Of a stretch of 64,000 bases of DNA, positions 55,716 to 63,285 are shown one piece after another. The DNA comes from a virus. A program made the translations under genes and the position numbers. Each line of letters begins with the position of its first letter. The first letter of the stretch is position 1. The notes beneath the pieces are model-generated. The model made no database searches and was not told the origin of the DNA. It was given only the letters and a program-made list of their open reading frames with translations. The stretch spans positions 32,001 through 96,000 of IMG/VR virus record IMGVR_UViG_3300036857_000619; one strand, 5' to 3'.

Positions 55716-57571
55716 GCCGCTTCCCAGCGGCGCTCGAGCTCGGTATCGCGCTCGCGGGCGTTGAGCAGCCCGCTGTAGGCCGGCATCGCGGCGTCCCACA
55801 GCGCCGCGCACTCGCGCTGGTCGGCCGCGTCGAAGCGCACCTGCTCGGGCACGATCGGCAGTGGGTGACCGAGCGGCTGCATCGGCTGCGGCGCGTCCGC
55901 CTGCCGCTCGTTCGGCTGCGGCCAGCGCAGTCGCAAAAACTCGCGGCGACTCGAACGCGCGGCGCCGGTGTCTTCAGCCTTCTGCTGGTCGCCCTCGGAC
56001 TGCAGCCCTTCGCGGCCGCCTGACGGGCGGTTGTCGGCGCCGCCGGGGCGAGCCGGCACGGTGCCCTCGGCGGTGGCGTTGCCGAACTCGGGCGGCGCCT
56101 CGCCGCGCGGCACCATGCGCGGCTTGGCCTGATCGGGCAGGTGGCCAGTGGCCTCCATCGAGGCCTGCACCTGGGAGTCCCAGCCCATCAGATACGTCTT
56201 GGTGGCCGTGTCGACCATCAGCGCCTTGGTCATCGCATCGCGGTACAGCTCGGCGGCGCGCAGCTCGGCGAAACGCCAGGTGGCGGTGGCGGCGATGCCC
56301 TGGGCATTCAGCACCAGCGTGGCGAACTCGGAGAGCAGGCTCTCCGACAGGTGCTGGATGGATTTGACGCCCGCGGCCTGGATCTCCCACTGGCGGTTGG
56401 CGTTGGCCTCGCTCTGGCCCTCGGTCATGCCCATCAGCAGCGGCATGCTTTTAAGCGCACGCGCGAGTTGGCGCTCGAGGACCTCGATGAGCTGGCTGAC
56501 GCCGCGCAGCGAGTCGGCGTTGACGGCGCCGGTGGGCGGCCGCACCTCGACCAGGTCGGTGTGCACGAAGGCGGCGTCCGGCTCGAGCGCGTTGTAGGCG
56601 GCGGAGACGGCGTCGGTGGTCGCCTCGACGAAGTTCTTCCAGGCGTTCGGGTCGCTCTTGACGGCCGGGCCGGCCAGCAGCGCCAGCTGCTCGAGTTTGA
56701 TCAGCAGGTCGTACCGCGGATAGCCCTGCTGGGCGACCACACGGCGGAGGTCGCCGAGCAGTCCGAGCAGGAACAGGCTGTTGAAGAGCGCCGGCGCCGA
56801 AGGGCTGCGGCCGTAGGGGATGCCTGGCGCGGGATCGACCGGAACGTACTTGATCGTCGGCCGATCGAGCAGCACCCAGCGCGCTTGCTGGTACTGGCCG
56901 AGATCCCACACCTGACCGCGGAGCGGGTCCACGCGCCGTCGAAAGCGCGCGGTGGTGGGATCGGGTGTGGCGAAGTCGATCGCCACGCGGCCCTGCTCGT
57001 CGAGCACCAGCTCGGCGAAGAGCGCGCCGCGCAGGAACGCGCCGAAGTGGAGCCGGCCGACGACCACGTCCATGCTGCCGTAGAGCTTCTCGAGCGAGCT
57101 GGCCCACTTGTCCAGCACGGCCTGGGCGGCGGGATACGGCCGCTGGGTCCCCGGATGCATCGCCTTGAGCTCCCAGCCGGGGTTGACCAGCCGGAGGAAG
57201 TCCCAGAGCGAGCGGCTGACGTCCGGCGACAGGTCGGCGAGCACGCGCAGCAGCCGCTGGGCGGGCATGCTGCGGATCGTCGAGGCGTCCAGGTTGATGA
57301 GCCGCCAGCCCTCGGTGATCTCGTCCGGCGGCATGATGAACGGGTAGCCACCGAAGAACTGCCAGGGGAAGTCGGTGCTGACGCGGCCGCCGCCACGGGC
57401 GAAGCCGCGTGGCGGGTTGGGTGGCGCGGATGACGTGCCAGGCGCGACACCCGGATACGCGGCGCCCTCGGCGGAGATGCCCTCGATGCCCGTGTCGAGG
57501 GTCTGCCGTTGGTGGCCGTCGTCGGACGATATCCCGAAGAAGCGGTCGCGCAGGTCGGCAAGCAGCGGCAT
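55712..57571 (-). CDS. Portal protein
   Basis: First gene of the head operon; LRGA...ELV...P...YGRSP..PA.......DL.RV...QGYPR.D. Confidence 0.85.
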   Translation of the reverse strand: MPLLADLRDRFFGISSDDGHQRQTLDTGIEGISAEGAAYPGVAPGTSSAPPNPPRGFARGGGRVSTDFPWQFFGGYPFIMPPDEITEGWRLINLDASTIRSMPAQRLLRVLADLSPDVSRSLWDFLRLVNPGWELKAMHPGTQRPYPAAQAVLDKWASSLEKLYGSMDVVVGRLHFGAFLRGALFAELVLDEQGRVAIDFATPDPTTARFRRRVDPLRGQVWDLGQYQQARWVLLDRPTIKYVPVDPAPGIPYGRSPSAPALFNSLFLLGLLGDLRRVVAQQGYPRYDLLIKLEQLALLAGPAVKSDPNAWKNFVEATTDAVSAAYNALEPDAAFVHTDLVEVRPPTGAVNADSLRGVSQLIEVLERQLARALKSMPLLMGMTEGQSEANANRQWEIQAAGVKSIQHLSESLLSEFATLVLNAQGIAATATWRFAELRAAELYRDAMTKALMVDTATKTYLMGWDSQVQASMEATGHLPDQAKPRMVPRGEAPPEFGNATAEGTVPARPGGADNRPSGGREGLQSEGDQQKAEDTGAARSSRREFLRLRWPQPNERQADAPQPMQPLGHPLPIVPEQVRFDAADQRECAALWDAAMPAYSGLLNARERDTELERRWEAA

Positions 57572-57632
57572 GGGGATGGTTGGCCCGATCCGGCCCGAGC
57601 ATAGCCCCGGTTTCCGGGCTCAGTCCCGCGCT

Positions 57633-57658
57633 GGGCCGGCGTCATGACGCGCCGGCCC
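57633..57658. repeat. Inverted repeat in the divergent intergenic region
   Basis: GGGCCGGC-GTCATGACGC-GCCGGCCC; smaller CCCGG-TTT-CCGGG at 57606-57618. Confidence 0.5.
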
Positions 57659-57713
57659 CATCGCTTGAGAGGCGACCGACGAGCAGGCACAGTGCAGCCG
57701 ACAGGAGGAGCTG

Positions 57714-57896
57714 ATGGCCACCCAGCCCCACACCCACTACGTTTGGGCATCCCCCGCCCGCTGGGGATTGCTCATCCTCGCGGTGCTCACGCTGTTGCTC
57801 GCCGCCTTTCACGCCAACCCGTTCGCGCCGACGGTCGATCTGACGGATCTGGGGCTGGCGCTCGGATTCGGCGCGTTCCTGGTTCCCGGTCCCTGA
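57714..57896 (+). CDS. Holin-like two-TM protein
   Basis: AGGAGGAG SD; two hydrophobic segments; first gene of the lysis cassette. Confidence 0.6.
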   Translation: MATQPHTHYVWASPARWGLLILAVLTLLLAAFHANPFAPTVDLTDLGLALGFGAFLVPGP

Positions 57897-57897
57897 T

Positions 57898-58140
57898 ATG
57901 GCGTACGGCTCGTATATCGATCATCTCATCTGGAGCTCAATTCTTCCGGATTTAGTACTTAACCCAGAGGCGGCGATTTACGTCTTTTGGAGGCAACTGC
58001 GCAACGACCCGGCCACGCCGAACCCCGGCCCGCCGATCACCCCGGAGATCGAGACGGAGATCGGCGTCCAGCAGGCGTTTAGCTCGGGGATAGTTCTGGG
58101 CTGGAACGAGACCGACGGCGCCTACATCGCCAACGGCTAA
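57898..58140 (+). CDS. Stand-alone cell-wall-binding-like module (LGFP-repeat-like)
   Basis: AIY..WR......G.P.T.E......Q.F..G...W. Confidence 0.5.
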   Translation: MAYGSYIDHLIWSSILPDLVLNPEAAIYVFWRQLRNDPATPNPGPPITPEIETEIGVQQAFSSGIVLGWNETDGAYIANG

Positions 58141-58709
58141 TGGTTAGCGCGGCCACCTTCCATCCACCGCAACATGTCGTTCAACCGCCTGCCCCGGAAG
58201 GCTGCTGGTCACGCTGGGACGCGGGCACGATGGCTCGCTGCACGAACTGTCCGCAGCTGGTCATTGAGGCCAACTGGCCAGCGATCTACGCAGAGCTCGA
58301 GCGCTGCGGTATCGCCTCCCCTGAAGTGCAGGCCGGCGCATTGAGCACGATCGCCATCGAGACGGCGCGCACGTTCGCCCCGGTGCGCGAGGCGTACTGG
58401 ATGAGCGAGGACTGGCGCGCCGAGAACCTGCGCTACTCCCCCTACTACGGGCGCGGCTACATCCAACTGACCTGGGACTACAACTACCAGAGCTACGGCC
58501 AGATCGTCGCCCAGCCACTGCTCGAGCAACCCGACCTGGCGCTCGAGGAGGCGATTGCCGCCAGCGTCTTCGCCGAGTTCTTCGGTCGCTCGGGCGCCGC
58601 GGCGGCGGCGCAGCGCTGCGACTGGACCGAGTGCCGGCGTCGAGTGCAGGGTGGGTCGGCCGGGCTCGACGAGCTGAAGCACGTGTGTGCCTGCCTGGGC
58701 TATCCATGA
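58140..58709 (+). CDS. GH19 endolysin
   Basis: TIAIET..F.PVRE...YYGRGYIQLTW..NY..YG......L...PDL...RRVQGG..GL; TAATG overlap. Confidence 0.9.
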   Translation: MVSAATFHPPQHVVQPPAPEGCWSRWDAGTMARCTNCPQLVIEANWPAIYAELERCGIASPEVQAGALSTIAIETARTFAPVREAYWMSEDWRAENLRYSPYYGRGYIQLTWDYNYQSYGQIVAQPLLEQPDLALEEAIAASVFAEFFGRSGAAAAAQRCDWTECRRRVQGGSAGLDELKHVCACLGYP

Positions 58710-59254
58710 CCAGCCCCGTCCTGTTCAACCCGCACAACTTCGCGATTCCGGTCGACATTCCACTGCCGGAACCGATCACGCCGGTGGCCGGCTGGTACGA
58801 CTACTTCGATCGCCACCGCGACCTGTACATGGCCCCCCAGGTGTACGACTGGACCTGCTCCGTGGCGTCCACGACGTGGGTTCTCCAAGCCTCAGGGCTC
58901 GACGTCAACGCGGCACGCGAGTCGGTGGCCTACGCGATCGGTTATCCGCAGTGCGTCAATCCGCAGTACGGGTTAATGGACACCAACTGCGTCGAGCGGG
59001 TGTTCCGCAGCTACGGCGTGGAGTGCCGCACGCTGTGGCCGAACTTCGACCAGATGTACGAGTTGGCCGAACGCACCACGGGCCTGCTTAATTCCACGCG
59101 CTGGTACCACTTCGTGGGCATCCGCGGCGTCTCTGGCAGCTCGATCTGGGTGGCGAATTCGGCCGTCGGCTACAAGGGCATCGGCGAGCTGGTCAGCCGC
59201 GGACAGTGGGATGCCTGGGCGAACTCATGGAAATGCGTTGTGCTGGAGCCATGA
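58706..59254 (+). CDS. C39-like cysteine peptidase (lysin component)
   Basis: Q..DWTCS.AS, YHFVGIRG, WVANS; ATGA overlap. Confidence 0.75.
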   Translation: MTSPVLFNPHNFAIPVDIPLPEPITPVAGWYDYFDRHRDLYMAPQVYDWTCSVASTTWVLQASGLDVNAARESVAYAIGYPQCVNPQYGLMDTNCVERVFRSYGVECRTLWPNFDQMYELAERTTGLLNSTRWYHFVGIRGVSGSSIWVANSAVGYKGIGELVSRGQWDAWANSWKCVVLEP

Positions 59255-59463
59255 GCGCGGCGAAAGAACAGGTCGCGTTCGGTGAGGCAATCGTTGCCGA
59301 TCTGGTGCGACTGTTTCCTGACTATCCGCCGAATTGCTTCACATCCAACGCTGCGAACGCCCGTCTTGGGGGTCTTTTGACGATCACCATGCCGGACGCT
59401 GTTGCGCGAAGACTGATCGACGAAGCCCTGCGCTCGTGGAAATCCGTTGTGCTGGAGCCATGA
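59225..59463 (+). repeat. 30-bp direct repeat (28/30 identical) at 59225-59254 and 59434-59463
   Basis: tcatggaaatgcgttgtgctggagccatga vs tcgtggaaatccgttgtgctggagccatga. Confidence 0.9.
59251..59463 (+). CDS. Small inserted protein flanked by direct repeats
   Basis: ATGA overlap; ends in SWKSVVLEP, a copy of the upstream gene end. Confidence 0.55.
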   Translation: MSAAKEQVAFGEAIVADLVRLFPDYPPNCFTSNAANARLGGLLTITMPDAVARRLIDEALRSWKSVVLEP

Positions 59464-59554
59464 ATCGCTTCGTAGCGCCCTGATCATGAGCATTGCGCAA
59501 CCACGACGAGTGGTGATCCTGGTCGGCGCCGGCCTGGTCGTGTGAGCTCCGTCT

Positions 59555-59800
59555 GTGGCTGAGTCGCCTCCTGAAAGCGAGTGGCACGAGGATGCGCGCG
59601 TGACGGCCACGCGGCTGGTGTGTCAGATGATCGTGACGCTGACCGTCCTGGTCGCTTCCGTCCTGCTGGTGCTGACGCATCCCGAGTACGCGGCGGGCGT
59701 CGCGCTGGTGTGCGGCGTGGTGCTGGGCAGTTGGTTCACCATGCCGCGTGACCTGCGCGGGGGGCGCGGCCGCCGCCGTCGCCAGGATTCCGAGGACTAG
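59555..59800 (+). CDS. Holin-like two-TM protein with basic tail
   Basis: Two hydrophobic helices; RGRRRR C-terminus. Confidence 0.6.
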   Translation: MAESPPESEWHEDARVTATRLVCQMIVTLTVLVASVLLVLTHPEYAAGVALVCGVVLGSWFTMPRDLRGGRGRRRRQDSED

Positions 59801-60526
59801 ATGCTGGCCCTGGCGGTGGGCCTGGCCATGCTGCTGCACGCCCAGTGCGTCAATCCGCTCGGCACCATCGAGGTGTGTTCGACGCCGACCGAAACGCCCA
59901 TGCCTGAGCCGACCGAGACGCCAACCCTGGAACCGACGCCGACGCCAGAGCCAACCGAGACGCCGACGGTTGCGCCGACCCCCACGCTCGAGCCGACCCA
60001 GACACCGGTCCCGCCGCCGGTGGTAGTTGTGGTGACCGAGACGCCCACGCCGCGGGAGCTCCCTACGCCCAGGCCCACCCCGGACGTACCGACGCCCCCT
60101 ACGCCCAGGCCCACCCCGGACGTACCGACGCCGCAGCCGCGATTCCGCCCGACGCTTCCGCCCGGCCCCGAACGAGCGAGGTCGGCTGCGTGCCTGGCGG
60201 CGCCTCCACCCGTGCCTGACCTGTCGGGAGTTCGGGACGTGAGCTGGACGAACGAGCAGCGCTGTGGCGGCACGCCCGAGGCACTGGCTACCCAGCACGA
60301 GCTACCTGCTCTCCGCACGCCAGCGTCCGCGCCAGATCGCGGCGGCAACGGTGCGCTGGTGGTGGTGGTGATCCTGCCCGCACGCGAGCCGACCGAGACG
60401 GCAACCCCTGAGCGCGTGTTGATCAATCCGCCCGCTTCAACGGATGAAGCGCCGCCCGAGTGGCCAGAGGTGCCAGTTCAGTTACCTGAAGAGACTGGTG
60501 CTGTTGATCGCCAACCAGCCAGGTGA
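59801..60526 (+). CDS. Exported/membrane Pro-Thr-rich protein
   Basis: Hydrophobic N-terminus followed by (P/T/E)TP repeats. Confidence 0.6.
   Translation: MLALAVGLAMLLHAQCVNPLGTIEVCSTPTETPMPEPTETPTLEPTPTPEPTETPTVAPTPTLEPTQTPVPPPVVVVVTETPTPRELPTPRPTPDVPTPPTPRPTPDVPTPQPRFRPTLPPGPERARSAACLAAPPPVPDLSGVRDVSWTNEQRCGGTPEALATQHELPALRTPASAPDRGGNGALVVVVILPAREPTETATPERVLINPPASTDEAPPEWPEVPVQLPEETGAVDRQPAR
60061..60132 (+). repeat. Perfect 36-nt tandem duplication (PTPRPTPDVPTP x2)
   Basis: 60061-60096 is identical to 60097-60132. Confidence 0.9.
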
Positions 60527-60676
60527 CCACCACATCCTGTTGTGCGAGGAGTGGCTGAAAGAGCACTCGCCGCCGGCCCGCCACCCACGCGGCCTGGCAA
60601 GGTCAACCAGCCGGCCCATGTGGTGCGGCCGCGTATGGACCCGTGCTAGCGTCGGGCCGAGTTTGGGATTGACGAC

Positions 60677-61258
60677 ATGACCCAGGCGACGAATGACCTG
60701 ACCGAGCTGGTCAGCCAGGCACAGTTGGTTCCGCTTTCGAGCCTGCGCCCAGCCGTTTGGAATCCTAGGGTCATTCGATCCGAGCGCATGAAGAACCTGA
60801 TGCGCTCGATCGAGCGCGACCCGGACATGCTGCGGCTGCGGCCGGTGCTGGCCAGGCTGAACGGCGAGATCTACGCCGGCAACCAGCGTTACCTGGCCTG
60901 CCAGCAGCTCGGCCGCGAGACGATCTGGGCGCATCTCGAGGACGTCTCCGAACAGGTCGCCAAGGAGCGCGCGCTGCGCGACAACAACGAGTGGGGCGCC
61001 TGGGACGACGACAAGCTGCGCGACATGGTCGCCGATCTCAAACAGCTGGGCTCCGACGTCGCGCTGCTCGGTTTTGACGACAAGGAGCTGCAGGCGCTGA
61101 TGGGCGGCCGCGGCATGCCGGCGCCGGGCGACGCGGACACCGACGCGACGGAGCATCTGTTCGGGGTGGTGGTCACCTGCAGCGACGAAGCGCAACAGGT
61201 CGAGCTGCTCGAGCGGCTGACCGAAGAGGGCTACGACGTGCGCGCGCTGGTCTCTTGA
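60677..61258 (+). CDS. ParB/Srx N-terminal-domain protein
   Basis: PL..L.P..WNPR.I......L..SI......P.L....G.I.AGNQRY.A...LG...A...AL.DN...G.WD...L. Confidence 0.85.
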   Translation: MTQATNDLTELVSQAQLVPLSSLRPAVWNPRVIRSERMKNLMRSIERDPDMLRLRPVLARLNGEIYAGNQRYLACQQLGRETIWAHLEDVSEQVAKERALRDNNEWGAWDDDKLRDMVADLKQLGSDVALLGFDDKELQALMGGRGMPAPGDADTDATEHLFGVVVTCSDEAQQVELLERLTEEGYDVRALVS

Positions 61259-61274
61259 TGACGCGAGTATTGGG

Positions 61275-61472
61275 GTGTGTGATTTCTGCGGCGACCCAGG
61301 CGACCACAACAAGCCGTACGAGGTTGGCCGCGAGGACCTGGTGGTGCTGCGACTGGTGCCCGCCGAGTTGCACGCGTTGACGCGGCTGCGCACGCACGTG
61401 CGCGACGTGCAGCTGCGCGGCTACGACCAGGGCCCCGCCGCGGGCGACGTCCAGGCGGATGCGGAGTCATGA
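61275..61472 (+). CDS. Small CDFC protein
   Basis: GTG start; ATGA overlap with next gene. Confidence 0.5.
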   Translation: MCDFCGDPGDHNKPYEVGREDLVVLRLVPAELHALTRLRTHVRDVQLRGYDQGPAAGDVQADAES

Positions 61473-62719
61473 CCACGACAGCTGGGCCTCTGGTGGCGCA
61501 CGTCAGGAACGAGGTGGCCGTCAAAAAGTCCGTACGCACGATGCAGGTTTCGTCAATGTTCGACATCCCGCCGCACGAGCGCAGCACGAGCGAGTGGACC
61601 GTGTCTCTGCCCCTGCACGAGCGGGACTGGGGCGTGGGCCTGATCGTCGGGCCATCAGGGGCAGGCAAGACGAGCGTGGCCCGCGCCCTCTTCCCCGAGC
61701 AACTCGTCGCCGAGTTCGCGTGGCCCGCGGAGCGCAGCATCCTGGACGCGTTCCCGGAGGGCATGTCGATCAAGGACATCACCGGCTCGCTGACCGCCGT
61801 CGGCTTCGGCTCGCCGCCGGCCTGGTTCCGTCCGTACGCCAGCCTGAGCACCGGCGAGCAGTTCCGCGTGACGATCGCCCGTGCGCTGGCCGAAAGCCCG
61901 GACCGGGTGGTCATCGACGAGTTCACCAGCACCGTCGATCGGCAGGTGGCGCAGGTCGCCTCACACGCGATCCAGAAGGCGGTCCGCCGCGCGAAGCGGC
62001 AGCTGGTAGCGGTGACGTGCCACTACGACGTCGTCGACTGGCTGCAGCCCGACTGGATCTACCAGCCGCACACGGGCGAGTTTGCCTGGAGGTTTCTTCA
62101 ACGACACCCGCCCCTGGAGCTCCGTCTCCATTCGGTCCATCACTCCGTCTGGCCGGTGTTTGCACGTCATCACTATCTGAGTTCAGAACTGAACAAGTCC
62201 GCGGTGTGCTTCGGCGGCTGGATCGGCGACGAGCTGGTGGGTTTCACGTCGTACCTGCATCTGCCGCACTACCGCGTCAAGAACGTGAAGCTCGGCCACC
62301 GGCTGGTGGTGCTGCCCGACTACCAGGGGCTGGGCATCGGCGGGCGCATGGACGACTGGCTCGGCCAGAAGCTGTACGAGGAGGGGTACCGCTACCACAA
62401 CGTGGTCTCGCACCCGGCGATGATCGCGTACTACTCGGCCTCGCCCCGCTGGCGGCTGTTTCGAGGGGCCGGAGCCAAGTCGTACCCGCTGCACAGCTAC
62501 GGCTCACTCGAAAAGAACCCGACGCTGGTGCGGCGCCACGCGCACCCGCGCAACCTGCAAACCATGGCCTTCGAGTACGTGCCGCCCATTCAAGAGGGGG
62601 GGGTAGCTGTATGCCGTTCGGCGCCGACTGCGAATTTGCGGACTTCGCCGCCTGTGTCAGGCACTTCTCGAGCGGCAAGAACAAGAAGTCCAACCCGCGC
62701 GCGTACTGCGCCCAGTTAA
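61469..62719 (+). CDS. ABC-type ATPase fused to GNAT (Mom-like) acyltransferase
   Basis: Walker A GPSGAGKT, signature LSTGEQ, Walker B VIDEF, H-loop TCHYD; F.RHHYL and motif A RLVVLPDYQGLGIG; true 3' end may be about 62606 (see G8 tract). Confidence 0.9.
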   Translation: MTTTAGPLVAHVRNEVAVKKSVRTMQVSSMFDIPPHERSTSEWTVSLPLHERDWGVGLIVGPSGAGKTSVARALFPEQLVAEFAWPAERSILDAFPEGMSIKDITGSLTAVGFGSPPAWFRPYASLSTGEQFRVTIARALAESPDRVVIDEFTSTVDRQVAQVASHAIQKAVRRAKRQLVAVTCHYDVVDWLQPDWIYQPHTGEFAWRFLQRHPPLELRLHSVHHSVWPVFARHHYLSSELNKSAVCFGGWIGDELVGFTSYLHLPHYRVKNVKLGHRLVVLPDYQGLGIGGRMDDWLGQKLYEEGYRYHNVVSHPAMIAYYSASPRWRLFRGAGAKSYPLHSYGSLEKNPTLVRRHAHPRNLQTMAFEYVPPIQEGGVAVCRSAPTANLRTSPPVSGTSRAARTRSPTRARTAPS

Positions 62720-62835
62720 TGAAGGCGACCGAGGAGCACTGCGCGAAGCAGCGCGCGGCCCAGCACGTGCCCGCCGAGCCGCCGCCGGCCGAAGCGCCCG
62801 CGGAGTGGCCCATGCCACCGCGCGTGGGCCCATGA
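62611..62835 (+). CDS. Small Cys protein (MPF...DFAACV...NPRAYC)
   Basis: G-rich SD; ATGA overlap with panD. Confidence 0.6.
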   Translation: MPFGADCEFADFAACVRHFSSGKNKKSNPRAYCAQLMKATEEHCAKQRAAQHVPAEPPPAEAPAEWPMPPRVGP

Positions 62836-63194
62836 AGAACTGGGTTGCCGCCAAGATCCACGGCATCGTGGTGACCGACCGGCACTTCAACTACCACGGC
62901 TCGGTCACCATCGCCGAACGACTGCTGGAAGCCGCGGGCATCGAGCCGTACGAGCAGGTCCACGTGGTGAATCTCGAGAGCGGCGCGCGCTGGGTGACGT
63001 ACGCGCTGCCAGGCCCGGAGTCCGTGTTCGAAACCAACGGCGGCGGGGCGCACCTGGCCAAGCCTGGCGATCGGTGCGTGGTCATGACGTACGCCATGAC
63101 CGAGCGCTTCGAGGGCGCGCGGGTACTGATGATGCGACTCGAGGGCGAGGCGCTGCTGCCGAACGTCGACTTCGATCTGCTGCGCTATCCGTGA
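62832..63194 (+). CDS. panD: Aspartate 1-decarboxylase (pyruvoyl-dependent proenzyme)
   Basis: K8-I-H10, self-cleavage YHG|S (G23-S24), LL.AAGI..YEQV...N...G.R..TY57, NGG.A.L...GD. Confidence 0.92.
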   Translation: MKNWVAAKIHGIVVTDRHFNYHGSVTIAERLLEAAGIEPYEQVHVVNLESGARWVTYALPGPESVFETNGGGAHLAKPGDRCVVMTYAMTERFEGARVLMMRLEGEALLPNVDFDLLRYP

Positions 63195-63280
63195 GCGACG
63201 AGCAGCTGCGCCTGGTGATGTTCGCCGCACTGGTTGTCACGTTCCTGGTCATCCTGGTCATGCGCGGGAGCAACTGGTGA
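63191..63280 (+). CDS. 29-aa single-TM peptide
   Basis: GTGA overlaps at both ends; LVMFAALVVTFLVILVM. Confidence 0.5.
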   Translation: MSDEQLRLVMFAALVVTFLVILVMRGSNW

Positions 63281-63285
63281 GGGCA

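Noticed and set aside
55930-55960. Second SRREFL (Tat-like) motif in the portal C-terminus
   Set aside because: Internal position with no following hydrophobic stretch; chance match.
12500-57714. Actively invertible segment
   Set aside because: No inverted repeats recognised at the two junctions and no recombinase gene in the window.
60444-60680. 78-aa ORF between the PT-rich gene and ParB-N
   Set aside because: Overlaps the upstream gene substantially with no clear SD or motif.
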